64,000 bases of DNA, from the NCBI GenBank assembly GCA_965197645.1, contig OZ240219.1:1568001-1632000 (forward strand), read 5' to 3'. A model generated the notes under the pieces. It was not told the origin of the DNA, did not search any database, and saw only the letters and a list, made by a program, of their open reading frames with translations. This DNA is from Dehalococcoidia bacterium (GTDB taxonomy: Bacteria > Chloroflexota > Dehalococcoidia > Plut-88900). Position numbers and translations under genes: made by a program. Position 1 is the stretch's first letter, and each line of letters starts with the position of its first letter. Positions 60,523 through 64,000 of the stretch are shown piece after piece.

Positions 60523-61500
60523 CTAACGTCCCGGGGAATCGTCTACCGAATACTCAAAATAGGCCGCTGTCACAAGATTGTGAAGCTCCCGGCAGTACTG
60601 CGAGACCTGCCGCAGCAGCTCAGGGCGGTCTTCGCTATCGGGCCAATCGTAGTGGATCAGAGCCGTCATTCGGCCCGCCAGCCGGGACAGGGCGCCGCCG
60701 GCCCTGGTGTTTGGGCCCGGACCAATGGATGCCAGGTCCGACGCCGTTCTGTCCAGGGACCGGCACAGGGAGTCTGGTATGAGGGGATCGGTGGTCAGCA
60801 GATTCAACACCTGTCCAGGATGGACTTCGATGCTGTAGCTGCGATCGTATGCTTCAAAGGCATGGTAAAGGCGCAACAGGCTCGTCCAGTCCTCTTCGGA
60901 GAACTCCTCCGTCTGAGAGTCGGCGTCCAGCTGAGACAGGAACAATGAGGTGGACATTTGGGCCCGTTCCAGGAAACGACCGAGCTGCATGAAACGCCAG
61001 CCTTGGTCGCGGTACATGGTGGCGGCGGCCACGCCGGAAAACATGCCCATCTCCGCTATCATCCCTGCGTAGAAACCCTCGGGAGAGGGTTGCCAGATGT
61101 CCTGGATTGTCATTTGTCGGAGCCGCAAGTATGCCAGGTTGAAGCTGGTCCACAGCTCCCCGCTTATGCGGTGGCGCATCTGCCGTGCGTTCTCCCGGCC
61201 CTGGGCGAAACAGTTCCACACCGAATCCGGATTGGTGCGCTCGAAGGTCAGATCGTCGGCTAGGGTGTAGGAATCAGCCAGGGTATAATCATCACTGGCC
61301 AGCTGCTCCAGCCTGCCCACGGGCGGTTCCCGGTTGATGCCGGCATAGATGCGAGTCCACCCAAAGTGGATCTCCCGGATCGGGCGGTCCACCAAGGCCT
61401 CCGTCTGCAATCGCAGCATACGGCATAGGAATTCCGCCCGCTCCAAGTAGCGGCCCATCCAGTAAAGCCCCTGTGCGCTGCGAGAAAGCATTGGGTTCAA
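60523..61500 (-). CDS. Alpha-E domain protein (DUF403)
   Basis: MLSRSAQGLYWMGRYLERAE, RENAR, GRFLERA (duplicated ER motifs). Confidence 0.9.
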   Translation of the reverse strand: MNPMLSRSAQGLYWMGRYLERAEFLCRMLRLQTEALVDRPIREIHFGWTRIYAGINREPPVGRLEQLASDDYTLADSYTLADDLTFERTNPDSVWNCFAQGRENARQMRHRISGELWTSFNLAYLRLRQMTIQDIWQPSPEGFYAGMIAEMGMFSGVAAATMYRDQGWRFMQLGRFLERAQMSTSLFLSQLDADSQTEEFSEEDWTSLLRLYHAFEAYDRSYSIEVHPGQVLNLLTTDPLIPDSLCRSLDRTASDLASIGPGPNTRAGGALSRLAGRMTALIHYDWPDSEDRPELLRQVSQYCRELHNLVTAAYFEYSVDDSPGR

Positions 61501-62930
61501 TCCCCCAGGACCCAGAGGTCCTTGCCTCCCCCGCCCTGGCTGGAGTTCACTACTAAACTACCCCGTCTTAAAGCCACCCGACAGAAGGCCCCAGGTACCA
61601 TGCGGGTCTCTCTTCCGTGAAGTATGAAGGGCCTCAGGTCCACGTGCCTAGGCTCGAATTTGCCCTCGATGAGGCAGGGCGATCGGGATAGTGGCAGCAC
61701 CGGTTGAGAAATGTAGTCGGCCGGGTGGGAGCGTAGCCGCACCGAGTACTCCTCCCGCTCCTTTGGAGTAGAGTGGGGGCCTATCAGCATCCCGTATCCC
61801 CCGGACTCCCCCACCCGTTTCACCACCAGGCTGTCCAGGTTATCGAGGGTGTACTCCAGGTCTTCGGGGCGGCGACACAGGAAGGTCTTCACATTAGCCA
61901 GGGCAGGCTCTTCCCCAAGGTAGTAGCGGATCATATCGGGCACGTAGGCGTATACGCTCTTGTCATCCGCCACGCCTGTGCCCGGAGCGTTCACCAGCGC
62001 GACGTTCCCTAGCTTGTAGGCGTGGAGAAGGCCCGGCACCCCAAGGAGAGAGTCGGGACGGAAGACCAGCGGGTCGAGGAAATCGTCGTCTACGCGCCGG
62101 TAGACCACGTCCACCCGCCGCAGTCCCGTGGTGGTCCTCATGTAGACGAATCCATCGTTTACCAAGAGGTCTCGGCCTTCTACCAGCTCGGCGCCGATCT
62201 CGTGGGCCAGAAACATATGCTCATAGAAGGCGGAGTTGTAGACCCCGGGAGTCAGCAGAGCGATGCACGGCTCGGACCGTCCGGCAGGTGCAAGTTCGAG
62301 GAGGGTCGTCAGCAACAGCCGTCCGTAGTGCTCCACGTCCTGTACCCGGGAACTCCTGTACAGCCGTCTCAGGCTGGCCTTCACCGCCTTTCGATTCGCG
62401 ATCATGTAGGAGACGCCGGAGGGGACTCGCAGGTTGTCTTCCAGCACCCGGAATCCATCGTTGGTCCGTACTAGGTCGGTCCCGCAAATGGCGACCCAGG
62501 TGCCGTGAGGCGGGACAAAGCCTCGCATCTCCATGCGATATTGAGGACATTCCCGCACCACGTCCACCGGGATCACCCCATCGTTGATGATGCGGGCCTC
62601 ACCGTAAACGTCCGACAGGAAGAGGTTCAGGGCTTTGACACGCTGGGTTAGCCCCTTCTCCAAATGCCGCCACTCTTCCGCGGACAGCGCACGGGGCAGA
62701 CAGTCCACCGGAATTATCCGCTCCTCGCCTTCCTCATCTCCGTAGACGGTGAAGGAGATGCCCTCGTTGGAAAAGGACCGGGTCACCCGTTCCTGTATGC
62801 TGCTCAACTCCTCGGGGGAAAGCTGAGCCAGGGTTTCGTGAAGACTCCGGCAATGCTCTCTGGGAGCACCGTCCGGTTCGAACATCTCGTCGTATATCGA
62901 CGGATCGATTTCGTAGTCGTCGAACTTCAC
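61497..62930 (-). CDS. Circularly permuted type 2 ATP-grasp protein
   Basis: YDEM, VLEDNLRVPSGVSY, NSAFYEH, YRRVDDDFLDP, GVADDK, VVNSSQGGGGKD; GTG start. Confidence 0.92.
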   Translation of the reverse strand: MKFDDYEIDPSIYDEMFEPDGAPREHCRSLHETLAQLSPEELSSIQERVTRSFSNEGISFTVYGDEEGEERIIPVDCLPRALSAEEWRHLEKGLTQRVKALNLFLSDVYGEARIINDGVIPVDVVRECPQYRMEMRGFVPPHGTWVAICGTDLVRTNDGFRVLEDNLRVPSGVSYMIANRKAVKASLRRLYRSSRVQDVEHYGRLLLTTLLELAPAGRSEPCIALLTPGVYNSAFYEHMFLAHEIGAELVEGRDLLVNDGFVYMRTTTGLRRVDVVYRRVDDDFLDPLVFRPDSLLGVPGLLHAYKLGNVALVNAPGTGVADDKSVYAYVPDMIRYYLGEEPALANVKTFLCRRPEDLEYTLDNLDSLVVKRVGESGGYGMLIGPHSTPKEREEYSVRLRSHPADYISQPVLPLSRSPCLIEGKFEPRHVDLRPFILHGRETRMVPGAFCRVALRRGSLVVNSSQGGGGKDLWVLGD

Positions 62931-63201
62931 GATTACAACGATATCATATAGACACCCTGGCTAGCCAGAACAGCCCGAGGCGATCTTGAAGCGCTCCCGG
63001 CGCCCTGCAACGCCCGCCACGATGAAGGGTAATCCCTGGCTGAGCCGAGGCGTTTCTCATCTCCCGGTACACCGCTCGGTCAATGGAGATGAACCGGGGC
63101 ATTGCACCAATGCGGTTCCCCGTCGGATCCCCTGGTACCGGAGTGACCATCATCCGGACACCATGGGATCTAAGGCGTAGAGAGCGCAGTTCCTGCTCAG
63201 G

Positions 63202-64000
63202 TCAGGGCGTAACTTCGTACGCTACCTCCGCCACCTTGCGCTCCCCGGCGTACACGTACACTCTATAGTGGCCTGGCCTCCACTTCCCTGCCGGCGACCC
63301 TATCCAAGACCAGCTCGTCCCGCCGATGTATTGCTCTTCTGCAGTCAACTTGCGAATTCTGCGGTTAAACACGAACCCGTCATCGTAGTAGTAGTCCACA
63401 ATCTCCAGGTCAACTTCGTGAGGACCTCCCAGTACACTATAGGAGTACTTGAGCGTCAAATAGGCCCGGCCAGTAATGTCTTGAGCAGAAAAGCTGGACA
63501 CAGCCGGACCCCTAACAGTTGTAGTGATGTAAGCGTCGTCGATACTCCCGTTGATGGCGGGCAACCTGGACTCTACCGGACTTGTGTCGCGGTGGGAGAG
63601 GTCGTAGGGCTCGGTCCCGTCGTACCAGCGGGCGATGACCGTGTCAACGGCCCCGTCTTCTGTCCCAAATGCTTCCCTGACCTGCTCGATGCCCAAGGAG
63701 GTGCCCGCATAGCCGTCGGTGTCGTCCTCCACTTCCGATGCCAGGTAGAGCTGGCGAAACCCCTCCCGGGACCGAGCATCGCCCAGCGTCCGGTTGATGT
63801 CCAGAAATAGTCGCTCCCCCAGCGAGTAGTTACAACCGAATGCACTGTCATCTCGGGTGATATCCAGGCTCTCCAACTGCGCGATGTTATCGGCATAGAC
63901 GCATGGGGAGTTGGTGGCTTCGATGGGACGGCCGGTGCGGACACTCTCGATAGCTGAGGCCATGAACTCAGCCGCTCCTTCGTCGACCCATTCCGAGTTG
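63202..64000 (-). CDS. C-terminal part of a probable gluzincin (peptidase MA-like) protein; 5' end lies outside the window
   Basis: Frame stays open to the window edge, reading NSEWVDEGAAEFM (EGxA third-ligand-like motif), later YSLGERLF; beta-rich C-terminal domain. Confidence 0.5.
   Translation of the reverse strand, partial: NSEWVDEGAAEFMASAIESVRTGRPIEATNSPCVYADNIAQLESLDITRDDSAFGCNYSLGERLFLDINRTLGDARSREGFRQLYLASEVEDDTDGYAGTSLGIEQVREAFGTEDGAVDTVIARWYDGTEPYDLSHRDTSPVESRLPAINGSIDDAYITTTVRGPAVSSFSAQDITGRAYLTLKYSYSVLGGPHEVDLEIVDYYYDDGFVFNRRIRKLTAEEQYIGGTSWSWIGSPAGKWRPGHYRVYVYAGERKVAEVAYEVTP

Overview
GC-rich bacterial window with about 57 genes, mostly catabolic. The paralog content (LLM oxidoreductase, tandem amidohydrolases, CoA-transferases, NIPSNAP, GMC/MDR oxidoreductases) resembles Chloroflexota/Dehalococcoidia such as SAR202; this is inference, as no marker gene is present. 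In order, it holds oxidoreductases and amidohydrolases (1-8 kb), a guanidino/amide-nitrogen catabolic cluster (8-18 kb), lutABC, purine-salvage-like genes, katG-thiol dioxygenase-FIST, a tungsten aldehyde oxidoreductase operon with two catalytic subunits but one FeS and one FAD subunit (33-40 kb), a three-gene candidate defence islet (PLD nuclease, NDT/TIR-like plus helical domain, MTase-Mrr fusion with a compositionally foreign TRD; 40-43.5 kb), a B12 acyl-CoA mutase operon with isobutyryl-type and methylmalonyl-type large subunits and a single small subunit (44-50.6 kb), nfo, a TolB-like gene behind tandem NrdR-like boxes, csoR-YHS-copA, hicAB with an amber-interrupted toxin, archaeal-type ppcA, and a CP-ATP-grasp/alpha-E/transglutaminase operon. 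I recognised no rRNA, tRNA, CRISPR array or transposase. The best candidates for undescribed systems are the dual-AorB operon, the PLD/NDT/MTase-Mrr islet and the shared-small-subunit ICM+MCM operon. All calls come from manual motif reading; no searches were run.
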